Below, one piece after another: positions 8,923-16,821 of a DNA stretch of 25,637 bases. The translations under genes were made by a program, and so were the position numbers. Numbering within the stretch: position 1 is the stretch's first letter; every line of letters starts with the position of its first letter. The notes under the pieces are model-generated. The model ran no database searches. It was not told the origin of the DNA and saw only the letters and a program-made list of their open reading frames with translations. The DNA is from a virus (Duplodnaviria > Caudoviricetes), in IMG/VR virus record IMGVR_UViG_3300049000_000065, positions 1-25,637 of that record. One strand, written 5' to 3'.

Positions 8923-9327
8923 ATGGACCCGCAGATCATGGGGCCGGTCGATTCGCAGCTCGCTCTCCAAGCGGCGGTGACGAAGACGGCCAGCTTCAAC
9001 AGCGCGGCGCTGGATATGGGCAGCGGCTGGGCCCCCGGCGGCGGCGGCGTGCCGATGCAGGCCATCGTCAATTACAGCGCCGGCGACTTCACGACCGGGG
9101 ACGAGAGCTACACCTTCAAGGTGCAGGACTCCCCCGACAACTCGGCGTGGACCGACCGCAGCCCGGCCGTCGTCGCGCCGGTGACCGTTGCCGCCCCCTC
9201 GGGCGTCATCAGCGTCGGGGCGTTCATCCAGCAGCGCTACGTCCGGCTGGTGGCGACCCTCGGCGGCACCACGCCGTCGATCACCTACTCGGCCAACCTC
9301 CAGCCCTTCGTCAATAACGTTGGGTAA
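8923..9327 (+). CDS. Capsid cement/decoration protein, Bbp16-like
   Basis: After MCP; D..L....AVT.TA..S..LD.G, FKVQDS.DNS.W and RYVRL motifs; GAAAGG RBS. Confidence 0.7.
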   Translation: MDPQIMGPVDSQLALQAAVTKTASFNSAALDMGSGWAPGGGGVPMQAIVNYSAGDFTTGDESYTFKVQDSPDNSAWTDRSPAVVAPVTVAAPSGVISVGAFIQQRYVRLVATLGGTTPSITYSANLQPFVNNVG

Positions 9328-9386
9328 GGCGGCGGAACGACTCGTGACCTTTGGCCCGCCGGCGGCGGGCAGATCGGAGAGCCATC

Positions 9387-9830
9387 GTGGCGAAGGACAA
9401 AGACAAAGAGCCGGCGAAGGACGAGCCCAGGGCCGAGGCGGCCGTGCCCGCGCCCGCCCGGTCGGGGCCGCGCTACCAGGTGCGGACGCCGGCCAGCGGG
9501 TTCCGGGGCGAGCGCCACGGCATCCGGTTCGTGGACGGCGTCGGCGAGACCGACGACGCCGACGCCGTGGCCGCGTGCCTCGCCTGCGGCTACGTCGTGG
9601 TGGATCGGGAGAAGGACAAGACCTTCGGCCCCTCGCCCCGGTTCACGCTCAAGGCGGCCGAGGCCAACTTCGGCGGGTCGGTCCTGGGCGTGCGCTTCAC
9701 GGAGGGGCTGGCGAAGACCGACGACCCGGCCGTCGCCCGCGCCTTCCGCGATCTGGGGTACGCGGTGAGAGACGCCGACGAGGGCGGCAAGGGGAAGCGA
9801 ATGTCTTGGCCACTGGCCACCGGCCACTGA
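9387..9830 (+). CDS. Hypothetical head-associated protein with a duplicated ~45-aa domain
   Basis: F.G...G(I/V)RF.(D/E)G...TDD..........GY.V occurs twice; GGAG RBS and GTG start. Confidence 0.7.
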   Translation: MAKDKDKEPAKDEPRAEAAVPAPARSGPRYQVRTPASGFRGERHGIRFVDGVGETDDADAVAACLACGYVVVDREKDKTFGPSPRFTLKAAEANFGGSVLGVRFTEGLAKTDDPAVARAFRDLGYAVRDADEGGKGKRMSWPLATGH

Positions 9831-9842
9831 CCACTAGCCACT
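9807..9842 (+). repeat. Heptamer tandem repeat (YRRCCAC x5)
   Basis: tggccac tggccac cggccac tgaccac tagccac. Confidence 0.8.
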
Positions 9843-9857
9843 GTCCAGGGAGCGAGC

Positions 9858-10754
9858 ATGAGCAGCAGTCGGTACACGGCCAGCCAGCAGGACGCGATCC
9901 GGCGCGACAACCGCGCCATGGAGGCGGCCGCCGTCTCGATGGTCACGGAGCTCGACGACCTGTTCGCGCTCGTCGCCGCCGGCTCGATCGGGATCACGGC
10001 GGCGGCGTCCGACGTGGACAGCCTCGCCCTCGGCGGCGGGGCGTTCACGGCCAACCCCAACACCACCAGCGGCCTGACCTTCGGCTACTCGGCTGGCCGC
10101 TTCCACAACGGCAAGAGCCTGGTGTCGGTGGGGGCGGGCACCGTCGCCCTCTCGGCCAGCGCCACCAATTACGTGGAGGTGGATCGGGCCGGCACCGTCA
10201 GTGCTAACACCAGCGCCTTCACCGCCGGCCGCCTGCCGCTGTGGGTGATCGTCACCGGCGTGGGGGCGATCAGCAGCGTCATGATCAGCAAGCCGCTGAT
10301 GACGCTGATCGGCCTGGCGGGAGTCACCGGCGACATGCTCAGCAGCGCGGGGGCGACCAAGTCGGTGGAGGTCGCCCTGGGCGACCTGGCGGCGACGACG
10401 GCCGTGAGCCTGATCTGCCCTGCCTTCGGGGCGACCTTGGCCCGCGTGTCGTTCGTCAGCAAGACGGCAGTGACGGCGGATGACACCAACTATTGGACGT
10501 GGTCCCTCAAGAATAAGGGGGCGGCCGGGACGGGCACCACGGACCTGCTGGACACCACCGCCACCAACACGACCAAAGCCACCGGCGGCACGGCCACCGT
10601 CGCCTACGTCCGGCGGCTGCTGGCCCTCACCGGCACCGGGGCCAACCTGGCGACGGCCGCCGAGGACGTGCTGGAGCTCACGGTCACCAAGACGGCCAGC
10701 GCCACCACGATGGCCCAATGCACGGTGCGGCTCGACTTCACGTTCACGGCGTAA
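9858..10754 (+). CDS. Virion structural protein, fibre/decoration-like
   Basis: Thr/Ala/Gly-rich; TTSGLTFGY..G...GTVALSASATNYVEV...GTVSANT..FTAG.LPL..(I)VTG motif recalled from phage tail proteins. Confidence 0.6.
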   Translation: MSSSRYTASQQDAIRRDNRAMEAAAVSMVTELDDLFALVAAGSIGITAAASDVDSLALGGGAFTANPNTTSGLTFGYSAGRFHNGKSLVSVGAGTVALSASATNYVEVDRAGTVSANTSAFTAGRLPLWVIVTGVGAISSVMISKPLMTLIGLAGVTGDMLSSAGATKSVEVALGDLAATTAVSLICPAFGATLARVSFVSKTAVTADDTNYWTWSLKNKGAAGTGTTDLLDTTATNTTKATGGTATVAYVRRLLALTGTGANLATAAEDVLELTVTKTASATTMAQCTVRLDFTFTA

Positions 10755-10755
10755 G

Positions 10756-10776
10756 AGTTGCGAGTTGCGAGTTGCG
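10756..10776 (+). repeat. Heptamer tandem repeat (AGTTGCG x3)
   Basis: agttgcg x3 followed by AGTGAAAGGCA. Confidence 0.85.
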
Positions 10777-10795
10777 AGTGAAAGGCAGGATCGAC

Positions 10796-11950
10796 ATGCG
10801 GCGGTGGAAGAAACTCGACCTGGTGTTCTACGGGGCCATCCTGCTGGCGGCGGTCCTCTGCGGGCTGATCGCCTGGATGCTGCCCGAGGCGGCGCGGGGG
10901 GACGTGCCGGCGACCCAGCCGGCCACGCAGCCGGCGGCGACCCAGCAGCGCGTGCCGGTGGCGGTCTACAGCCAGCCGGCCGGGTCGCTGGCCAAGTGGG
11001 CGGGGCGCGGGGTGACCGTGGCCCTGCGCTACGAGCCCGAGGCGAGGGGGGACGGGACGCCCACCGTGAGCGTGGCCCAGTGGGTCGCCGCCGCCAAGGC
11101 CGCCGGACTGCACTACGTCCTACAGGCCGACGCCGTGGGCGACTGGGCCGACCCCGACCTGCTGGGGGCCTTGTGCCCGTGGGACGAGCCCGACCAGGAC
11201 AACGCCCACCGCGTCCCGCCGGCCCGCATCGCGGCCGACGCCGACCGGGCCTTCCGCTCCGGGGCGCGGCTCTACTTCGTGAGCCTGGACGCGCTGCAGT
11301 TAGAGCTCTGGCAGGAATCGTGGGACGCCCACCCCGGCGCCGTCGGCCCGGCCTTCTACGACTACGCCGGGCTGGCCAAGGCGCTGGCCCCCTGGGGCAC
11401 CCGGGTGGTGGTCCTGGGGGACATGTACCCCGACAACCAGGGGCGCGGCGGGGCGGCCGCCGCACTCAAGGCCAACGAGCAGCGAACGCTGGCCACCCTC
11501 TTCCCCGCCTGCCGGCGCGGCTCATTCGTCGAGTGCTCCGACCAGAAGCTGCAGGGGTTGGGCAACCGCCAGGGCGGGGCCCGTTCCCCCGGCGCCGACG
11601 AGTTCGCCGCCCAGGTGCGGGCCGTGGCGGCGGCGGGCGCGTCCCTGGTCTGCCTCTTCCCGCAGTGCGTGGCCCCCGGCGACTTCGCCTACGACGCCAC
11701 CCCCGACGCCGTCGCCGCCGCGATCCCCCCGCTGGCCGCCCCCGCCTCGGCGCTGGCGGCCCTGGCCCCGGCGGCGTTGCCGATCCCCCCACCGACCACC
11801 GGGCCGACGCCGCCCCCGACGCCGCCCCCGACAACGGGGCCGACGACGCAGCCCGCCCCGTCCGCCGACACCCAGGGGCAGATCCTCGACACGCTCCGGC
11901 GGATCGAGTCGCTCCTCCGCCAACAGCAGCAGCAGACCGGGACCCACTGA
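10796..11950 (+). CDS. Exported or membrane-anchored protein with a glycoside-hydrolase-like domain
   Basis: Basic N-terminus plus hydrophobic helix, PATQPATQPAATQ linker, WDEPD, DMYP and FVE motifs, Pro/Thr linker, short C-terminal helix. Confidence 0.55.
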   Translation: MRRWKKLDLVFYGAILLAAVLCGLIAWMLPEAARGDVPATQPATQPAATQQRVPVAVYSQPAGSLAKWAGRGVTVALRYEPEARGDGTPTVSVAQWVAAAKAAGLHYVLQADAVGDWADPDLLGALCPWDEPDQDNAHRVPPARIAADADRAFRSGARLYFVSLDALQLELWQESWDAHPGAVGPAFYDYAGLAKALAPWGTRVVVLGDMYPDNQGRGGAAAALKANEQRTLATLFPACRRGSFVECSDQKLQGLGNRQGGARSPGADEFAAQVRAVAAAGASLVCLFPQCVAPGDFAYDATPDAVAAAIPPLAAPASALAALAPAALPIPPPTTGPTPPPTPPPTTGPTTQPAPSADTQGQILDTLRRIESLLRQQQQQTGTH

Positions 11951-13026
11951 TGCCCTCGCCCGCGTACCAGCAATACGTCCCCCGCGCCGGCAACCTCGAC
12001 CCGGTCGGCGACGGCCAGCCCGCGCCGCGGGCGAGGCTGCCGCTGATGGGCGCGAGCGGCACGAGCCACGCCTCGGGCCTCGTGCCCGACCCCGGCGCGT
12101 CGGCCGGCTCGACCCGCTACCTGCGTGAGGACGCGACGTGGGCGGCCCCGGCCGGCGGGGGCGCGGTCACCTCCGTCGCCGGCCGCACCGGAGCGGTCAC
12201 GCTCGGCGAGGCCGACGTGGCGGGGCTGGTGGCGGACCTGGCCGCCGTCCGCTCCGTCGCCGTCGCCAGTGACCTGGCCGGCGCCGGCGTCGTCCCGGCC
12301 TACGCCGGGCAGATAGGGACCAAGCGGTCCGACGGCTCCGTGTGGGTCGCCAACAGCACCACGGCCGGCGACTGGTCGCCGGCCCGCGTCGGCTTCGCCG
12401 CCACCGCCGCGACTCTCGCCCCCACCACCACCGTCCACCTCAACGGCCAGACCCTCGACGCCGACGGCGGGGCGCTGGTCAACGCCACGCTCCTCCAGTG
12501 CGTCGGGGCCGCCCGGACCTTCGCGGACGCCTCGGACCGCGCTACCGCCACCCCCGCCAACGCCGGCCAGCTGGGGGTGCAGATCGACGACGGCTCGGCG
12601 TGGCGGGCCAACAGCACCACCGCCGGCGACTGGTCGCAGTCGTTCACCTTCGGCGCGGTCGCCGTCTCGGTCCTCACCGCCTCCGGCCCGATCAGCGGCG
12701 GGAACTACCTCCGGCTGGGTCCCTTCGACGCCCTGATGCCGGACCCCTCCTGGGCCGGGCGGGCGATGGAGTTCGGGTACTGGGACGCCGGTGACTACGG
12801 CCTGATGCAGTGCTACGACAGGTCGGGGGCGGGCTACAAGAACTTCAAGATCGACGCCGCCACGCTGTTCTTGAACACCAGCAGCGGCGGCCCGGTGAAC
12901 GTCGGCGGCACCCTCGACGCCCCCGGCTACAGCGTGGGCGGCGTGGGCGGGTGGAGCGGCACCTACGTCACCGGCGACGGCCGCACCGCCACCGTCGCCG
13001 GCGGCCTCATTACCAGCGTCGTCTGA
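11950..13026 (+). CDS. Fibre-like protein (tail or head fibre)
   Basis: GLVPDPGA...RYLREDATWAAP and VTSVAGRTGAVTL fibre motifs; internal PA.AGQ.G....DGS.W.ANSTTAGDWS duplication; TGATG coupling. Confidence 0.75.
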   Translation: MPSPAYQQYVPRAGNLDPVGDGQPAPRARLPLMGASGTSHASGLVPDPGASAGSTRYLREDATWAAPAGGGAVTSVAGRTGAVTLGEADVAGLVADLAAVRSVAVASDLAGAGVVPAYAGQIGTKRSDGSVWVANSTTAGDWSPARVGFAATAATLAPTTTVHLNGQTLDADGGALVNATLLQCVGAARTFADASDRATATPANAGQLGVQIDDGSAWRANSTTAGDWSQSFTFGAVAVSVLTASGPISGGNYLRLGPFDALMPDPSWAGRAMEFGYWDAGDYGLMQCYDRSGAGYKNFKIDAATLFLNTSSGGPVNVGGTLDAPGYSVGGVGGWSGTYVTGDGRTATVAGGLITSVV

Positions 13027-13039
13027 GCGAGAGGAACCG

Positions 13040-13345
13040 ATGCCCCTGCCCGCGAGCAACCCCACGACGACCCCCGCCCAGCCGGCCAGGACTTACGGGC
13101 ACTGGTGGCTCAAGGGGCTCCAGTTGTCGGCCCCCGCGCCGCTCCGGCCCGCCGCCGCGCTGGTGACGCTCCAGAAATACGCCGACGACGGGACGCTCAG
13201 CCCCCTGCCCGGCGACACCCTCACCCTGCCCCTGGCCGACATCCTCAGTCCGGCGATGCAGTCCAAATACCCGCAACTCGCCGCCGCCGTGGGGGCGGTC
13301 CTCACCGCCGTGCTGGCGATCGGCACCGATCTGGGAAAGCTCTGA
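13040..13345 (+). CDS. Hypothetical protein, possibly fibre-associated
   Basis: GAGG RBS; directly follows the fibre gene. Confidence 0.6.
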   Translation: MPLPASNPTTTPAQPARTYGHWWLKGLQLSAPAPLRPAAALVTLQKYADDGTLSPLPGDTLTLPLADILSPAMQSKYPQLAAAVGAVLTAVLAIGTDLGKL

Positions 13346-13349
13346 CCTC

Positions 13350-14234
13350 ATGGCCGTCATCTTCTCCATCCTCGCCCTCCCCGGCCCGCACGGCTCGCTG
13401 CAGGAGGCGCGGCTCTACGCGCCGGCCGGGGCGACGGTGGCGGACCTGGCCCTGGCCGAGTCGCCGGCCCAGGCGTTCGGCGGCTCGCTGCCCCTCGACC
13501 CGCCGCCGCCCGACGACGCGGCCGACCCCTACCAGGTCGAGGTGCGGCAGGTGACGAGCCATTCGCCCGGCACCTTCGACGCCTCGACGACCATCACCCT
13601 CTCGCGCGGGGTGTACGGCTGGCTGTGGGGGGGCGAGTGGCTCGACTCGGCCCCCGACGCCTCGGGGGTGGAGGCGGCCGGCGTCTCCTACCTGACCGTG
13701 GCCGAGGCCAACGCCCTGGCGGCCAGGCTGCCCGCCCTGACCTGGTGGGCGGCCGCGACCGACGACCAGAAGGCGGCGGCGCTGGCCCAGGCAACGATCG
13801 ACGTGGACTCGGTCCTGCGCTACCAGGGGCGGCGCTACGCGGCCGACCAGGTGTTGGAGTTCCCGCGGGTGGCCTACGAGTCGTCGCGGGCGATGGCGAC
13901 GTGGTGGCCGGGCGGGCAGGCCGGCGGGGCGATGGGTCCGGTGGTGATGGGGAATGCCAACCTGTCGCCGGACACGCCGGTGATCTGGGACTGGGACGCG
14001 GCGACCAAGACGGCGGTGGTGCCGGCCCCGGTGCTGCGGGCGGTGGTGTGGCAGGCCGACGCGGTGCTCAACCCCACCCGCCAGCGGCGGCTGGCCGACC
14101 AGGCCGAGGGGCTGGCGAGCCAGTCGGTCGGAAGCCTGAGCGAGAGCTACCGGCCCGGGACCGCCAGCATCCTCTGCCGCCAGGCCGAGTCGATCCTGAG
14201 CAATTACCGCCTGCGCTCGGGGAGGATTTTATGA
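13350..14234 (+). CDS. Head-tail adaptor (DnaT-like annotated phage family) with N-terminal extension
   Basis: SYLTVAEANA...W.AATDDQKAAAL.QAT..VD...YQGRR....QVLEFPR...SQSVGSLSESY motif set. Confidence 0.75.
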   Translation: MAVIFSILALPGPHGSLQEARLYAPAGATVADLALAESPAQAFGGSLPLDPPPPDDAADPYQVEVRQVTSHSPGTFDASTTITLSRGVYGWLWGGEWLDSAPDASGVEAAGVSYLTVAEANALAARLPALTWWAAATDDQKAAALAQATIDVDSVLRYQGRRYAADQVLEFPRVAYESSRAMATWWPGGQAGGAMGPVVMGNANLSPDTPVIWDWDAATKTAVVPAPVLRAVVWQADAVLNPTRQRRLADQAEGLASQSVGSLSESYRPGTASILCRQAESILSNYRLRSGRIL

Positions 14235-14581
14235 GGCCGATCGTGCTGACCAACGCCACTCTGCTGAGGATCGACATGCCCGGCGTGGCGACGACCGCCG
14301 GCGACGTGCCCTACACGACCGGGGCCGCCCTGGCCGTGCGGTGCGCGTTGGACGAGCCGACCAGCAGCCAGCGGTACGTGCTGGCGTCGGCGATCGCGGA
14401 GGCGACGGCCGTGGTGTACGTCCCGATGGCCGACGTGCCGGAGGGGGCGCTGGTGCGCGGGTGCCGGGTGGTGGTGCGGCTGGATACGTTCGCCGACTCG
14501 ACGACGCTCCGGCTGGTGTACGTCAAGGCGAGGCGGAAGGGATCGTTGGGGGTGTACGAAGCGTTCGGGCGGACGGCCTGA
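14231..14581 (+). CDS. Probable head-closure protein
   Basis: About 116 aa, beta-rich, ATGA-coupled to the adaptor, GGAGG RBS; call is positional. Confidence 0.55.
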   Translation: MRPIVLTNATLLRIDMPGVATTAGDVPYTTGAALAVRCALDEPTSSQRYVLASAIAEATAVVYVPMADVPEGALVRGCRVVVRLDTFADSTTLRLVYVKARRKGSLGVYEAFGRTA

Positions 14582-14591
14582 GAGGCGACTT

Positions 14592-14792
14592 ATGAAGCAC
14601 TACTTTGCCGTGGACGTGGAGTGACTGGACGAGGGCGTCTGGAAGTCGTTCGGGGATTACAAGGGTGTGGCCCGGTCCTTGGAGGAGGCGATCCGCAAGG
14701 CGGTGTCGAAAGCACAGGTGGACGGCACCGACGTCGAGCGTGAGTACCGGGCGACGAAGGCGGAGCAGATCGGGCCGGTCGAGTTCACCTAA
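14592..14792 (+). pseudogene. Small 66-codon gene interrupted by an in-frame TGA (14622-14624)
   Basis: AGAGG RBS; MKHYFAVDVE*LDEGVWKSFGDYKGVARSLEEAIRKAVSKAQVDGTDVEREYRATKAEQIGPVEFT-TAA fills the gap between neck genes. Confidence 0.6.
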
Positions 14793-14831
14793 ACGCCCCG
14801 CCAGGCAGGCTGCGTGACACGGAGAGACGCG

Positions 14832-15203
14832 ATGAGCGGCAGGACGGGCTTCGATGCCTCCCAATTCGTCAAGGGCTTAAACGACGCCCGGCGGCGGCAG
14901 ATCGAGGCCGCCCGTAACGCGCTGGACCTCTTCGGCGAGCATGTGGTCGGCGATGCCCAGCAGCTCACCCCCGTGCTCACCGGCTTCCTCGCCGGCAGCG
15001 GGACGACGACGCCGGCGGTGATCGACGGGGAGCAGATCACCAAGGAGATCGGCTTCAACGCAGACTACGCGGCGGCGGTCCACGAGCGGCTCTCGGCCCA
15101 CCACGACCAGGGCCAGGCCAAATACCTGGAGACGGCCCTGCAGCGCAACTCGGCCAAGCTCGGCCCCTTCGTGGCGTCGAGGGTGGACGCGGTCAGGGAG
15201 TGA
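14832..15203 (+). CDS. Neck/tail-completion protein, HK97 gp10-like
   Basis: AQQLTPVLTGFLAGSG, IGFNADYAAAVHE, GQAKYLETAL motifs. Confidence 0.85.
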   Translation: MSGRTGFDASQFVKGLNDARRRQIEAARNALDLFGEHVVGDAQQLTPVLTGFLAGSGTTTPAVIDGEQITKEIGFNADYAAAVHERLSAHHDQGQAKYLETALQRNSAKLGPFVASRVDAVRE

Positions 15204-15217
15204 GGCGGTGAGCGGCG

Positions 15218-15658
15218 ATGGCGTCGATCGACTTTGACGGATTTCTCGACGCCCTGGCCGCCTACCTGGCCGGCCGCGCCTCGCTCCGTTACGGGGCGGC
15301 GGCCGGGACGCCGGCGGCGATCTGGCGCTACCAGGCGGTGGAGGACAACGCCACCGACCCGTACAGCGTGTTGCTGCCCTACGCCTCGGGCTCGCCGCTG
15401 GAGTGGGTGCCGGTGGCGGTCCTGCCGCTGCAGGTGAAGACCACCGGCACGGGCCGGGCGCTGGTGGCCCGGCAGATCCAGGCGGTCCACGGGGCGCTGC
15501 TGGCGGCGGACGGCCGGCCGCTCCGCTCGGCCGCGATCTCCCCCGCCTGGCGGCTGCTGGGCGTGGACTTGCGACCGCCGGCGGAAGTGGAAGTCGATGA
15601 CCGCAACCGCCCAGTGTGGGCGTTCAACGCGGATCTCAAATTCCTCGCCACCGCCTGA
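15218..15658 (+). CDS. Probable tail terminator protein
   Basis: Between gp10-like and tube genes; LQVKT.G and DDRNRPVWAFN motifs resemble minor capsid/terminator families. Confidence 0.6.
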   Translation: MASIDFDGFLDALAAYLAGRASLRYGAAAGTPAAIWRYQAVEDNATDPYSVLLPYASGSPLEWVPVAVLPLQVKTTGTGRALVARQIQAVHGALLAADGRPLRSAAISPAWRLLGVDLRPPAEVEVDDRNRPVWAFNADLKFLATA

Positions 15659-15685
15659 GGGCGGCGGCATTGAAAGGGACTGACG

Positions 15686-16177
15686 ATGGGCGACCTCTCC
15701 CGCACGCGCTTGACGGACTGGGACGTCACCTGGGGCACCTACTCCCTCGGGTACGTGGACAAGGTCACCCCCGATCTCAAGATCAAGACGATGCCGCTCA
15801 AGGTCGGGACGCTGGGCGACATCGAGGTCGGCCACCGGATCATCGGCCTCGAAGGCTCGATCAAGGTGGAGGTGCGGGAGATCGACTTCGTCATGCAGCG
15901 CTCGCTCACCCCCTGGGGCGGGACCAGCGGCACGGTGGTCAACCTGATGCCGACGCTCCCGGCCGACCTCTACGACTACGCCAAGGCGCTGCTCCTCCAC
16001 CCCCACGACAAGGGGAGTGACGTGAGCGAGGACGTCCACCTGCTCAAGACGGTGCCGAAGATCATCCCCGCCACCGAGCGCGACGGGATGAAGTATGACG
16101 TCTGGACGATCGAGTTCCAGGTCTTCTTCGACCGCGCCCAGTTGCCCCAGTTGGTGTACGGCACGATCGGGGTTTGA
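15686..16177 (+). CDS. Major tail tube protein (siphovirus-type)
   Basis: 163 aa beta-rich; V.WG...LGY, LLLHP, IEFQVFFD; precedes chaperone and tape measure; no sheath gene present. Confidence 0.7.
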   Translation: MGDLSRTRLTDWDVTWGTYSLGYVDKVTPDLKIKTMPLKVGTLGDIEVGHRIIGLEGSIKVEVREIDFVMQRSLTPWGGTSGTVVNLMPTLPADLYDYAKALLLHPHDKGSDVSEDVHLLKTVPKIIPATERDGMKYDVWTIEFQVFFDRAQLPQLVYGTIGV

Positions 16178-16228
16178 GGCCCCTTCGACGCCGCCTTGAT
16201 CGACCATTAAACCCCCAACGAAAGACGC

Positions 16229-16600
16229 ATGGACTTCAACTTGGACGAGGCGGCGGAACGGGCGGAGCGGCAGGCACTGCCGTGGGACTTCGCGCTGGTG
16301 GTGGACAACAAGCGGCACGAGACCCGGCCCCTGACCGTGGCCGAGGTGGCGTTTGCCAAGCGGGTGGAGAATGAGGGCGACGATCGCTTCTTTGCGTTCG
16401 TCTCGGACCTCTTCGTCGCCCCCCAGCCCCACGTGGTCAACTGGGGGCGGGACAAGGCGACGGCCGCGCTGGTGGCGGTCCTGGCCTACTTCCAGGCGAG
16501 GGTGCAAAAAAAAACCCTTGCCCTCGCCGAGGCGGTGGCCATGGCGGTGGTGCGGGAGGCGACGGGGAGTTCGACGTTTGGGAACTCGTCGTCGCGATGA
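16229..16600 (+). CDS. Tail assembly chaperone (gpG-like)
   Basis: Between tube and tape measure; RPLTVAE motif; contains an A9 slippery run at 16506-16514. Confidence 0.8.
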   Translation: MDFNLDEAAERAERQALPWDFALVVDNKRHETRPLTVAEVAFAKRVENEGDDRFFAFVSDLFVAPQPHVVNWGRDKATAALVAVLAYFQARVQKKTLALAEAVAMAVVREATGSSTFGNSSSR

Positions 16601-16821
16601 TCGCGGTCACCCGCGGCGCGGTGACCCCGCGGGAGGTCCTGCTGATGCGGGCGGACGTGGCGGTCGAGTTGTGCGCGGCCCATGCCCGGCTGGCGCGGCG
16701 GGCCGAGGCCGGCGGCGACGACGACGGGCAGACGCGCGTGCGGGGGGACGGGTCGATGGTGACCGCGATCCGCTCCATGGAAGGGTTACGCGGGTTCCTG
16801 GGCAGTAGAGGCAAGCCATGA
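16229..16821 (+). CDS. Frameshifted tail chaperone (gpGT-like), -1 shift at A AAA AAA (16507-16513)
   Basis: The -1 frame is open from the run (KNPCPRRGGG...EFDVWELVVAMIAVTRG...) to TGA 16821, overlapping the tape measure ATG. Confidence 0.8.

Noticed and set aside
12349-12637. 31-bp near-identical repeat (12349-12379 and 12607-12637) as a DGR template/variable pair, prompted by BPP-1-like head genes
   Set aside because: Both copies are in frame inside one gene encoding ANSTTAGDWS, the single difference is G/C rather than at adenines, and no reverse transcriptase is present
14605-14817. 70-aa ORF MPWTWSDW...
   Set aside because: Arg/Ser-rich off-frame shadow of the TGA-interrupted gene at 14592
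16353-16808. 151-aa ORF as the frameshift extension of the chaperone
   Set aside because: It is the +1 frame with Arg/Pro-rich nonsense; the -1 frame gives the coherent extension
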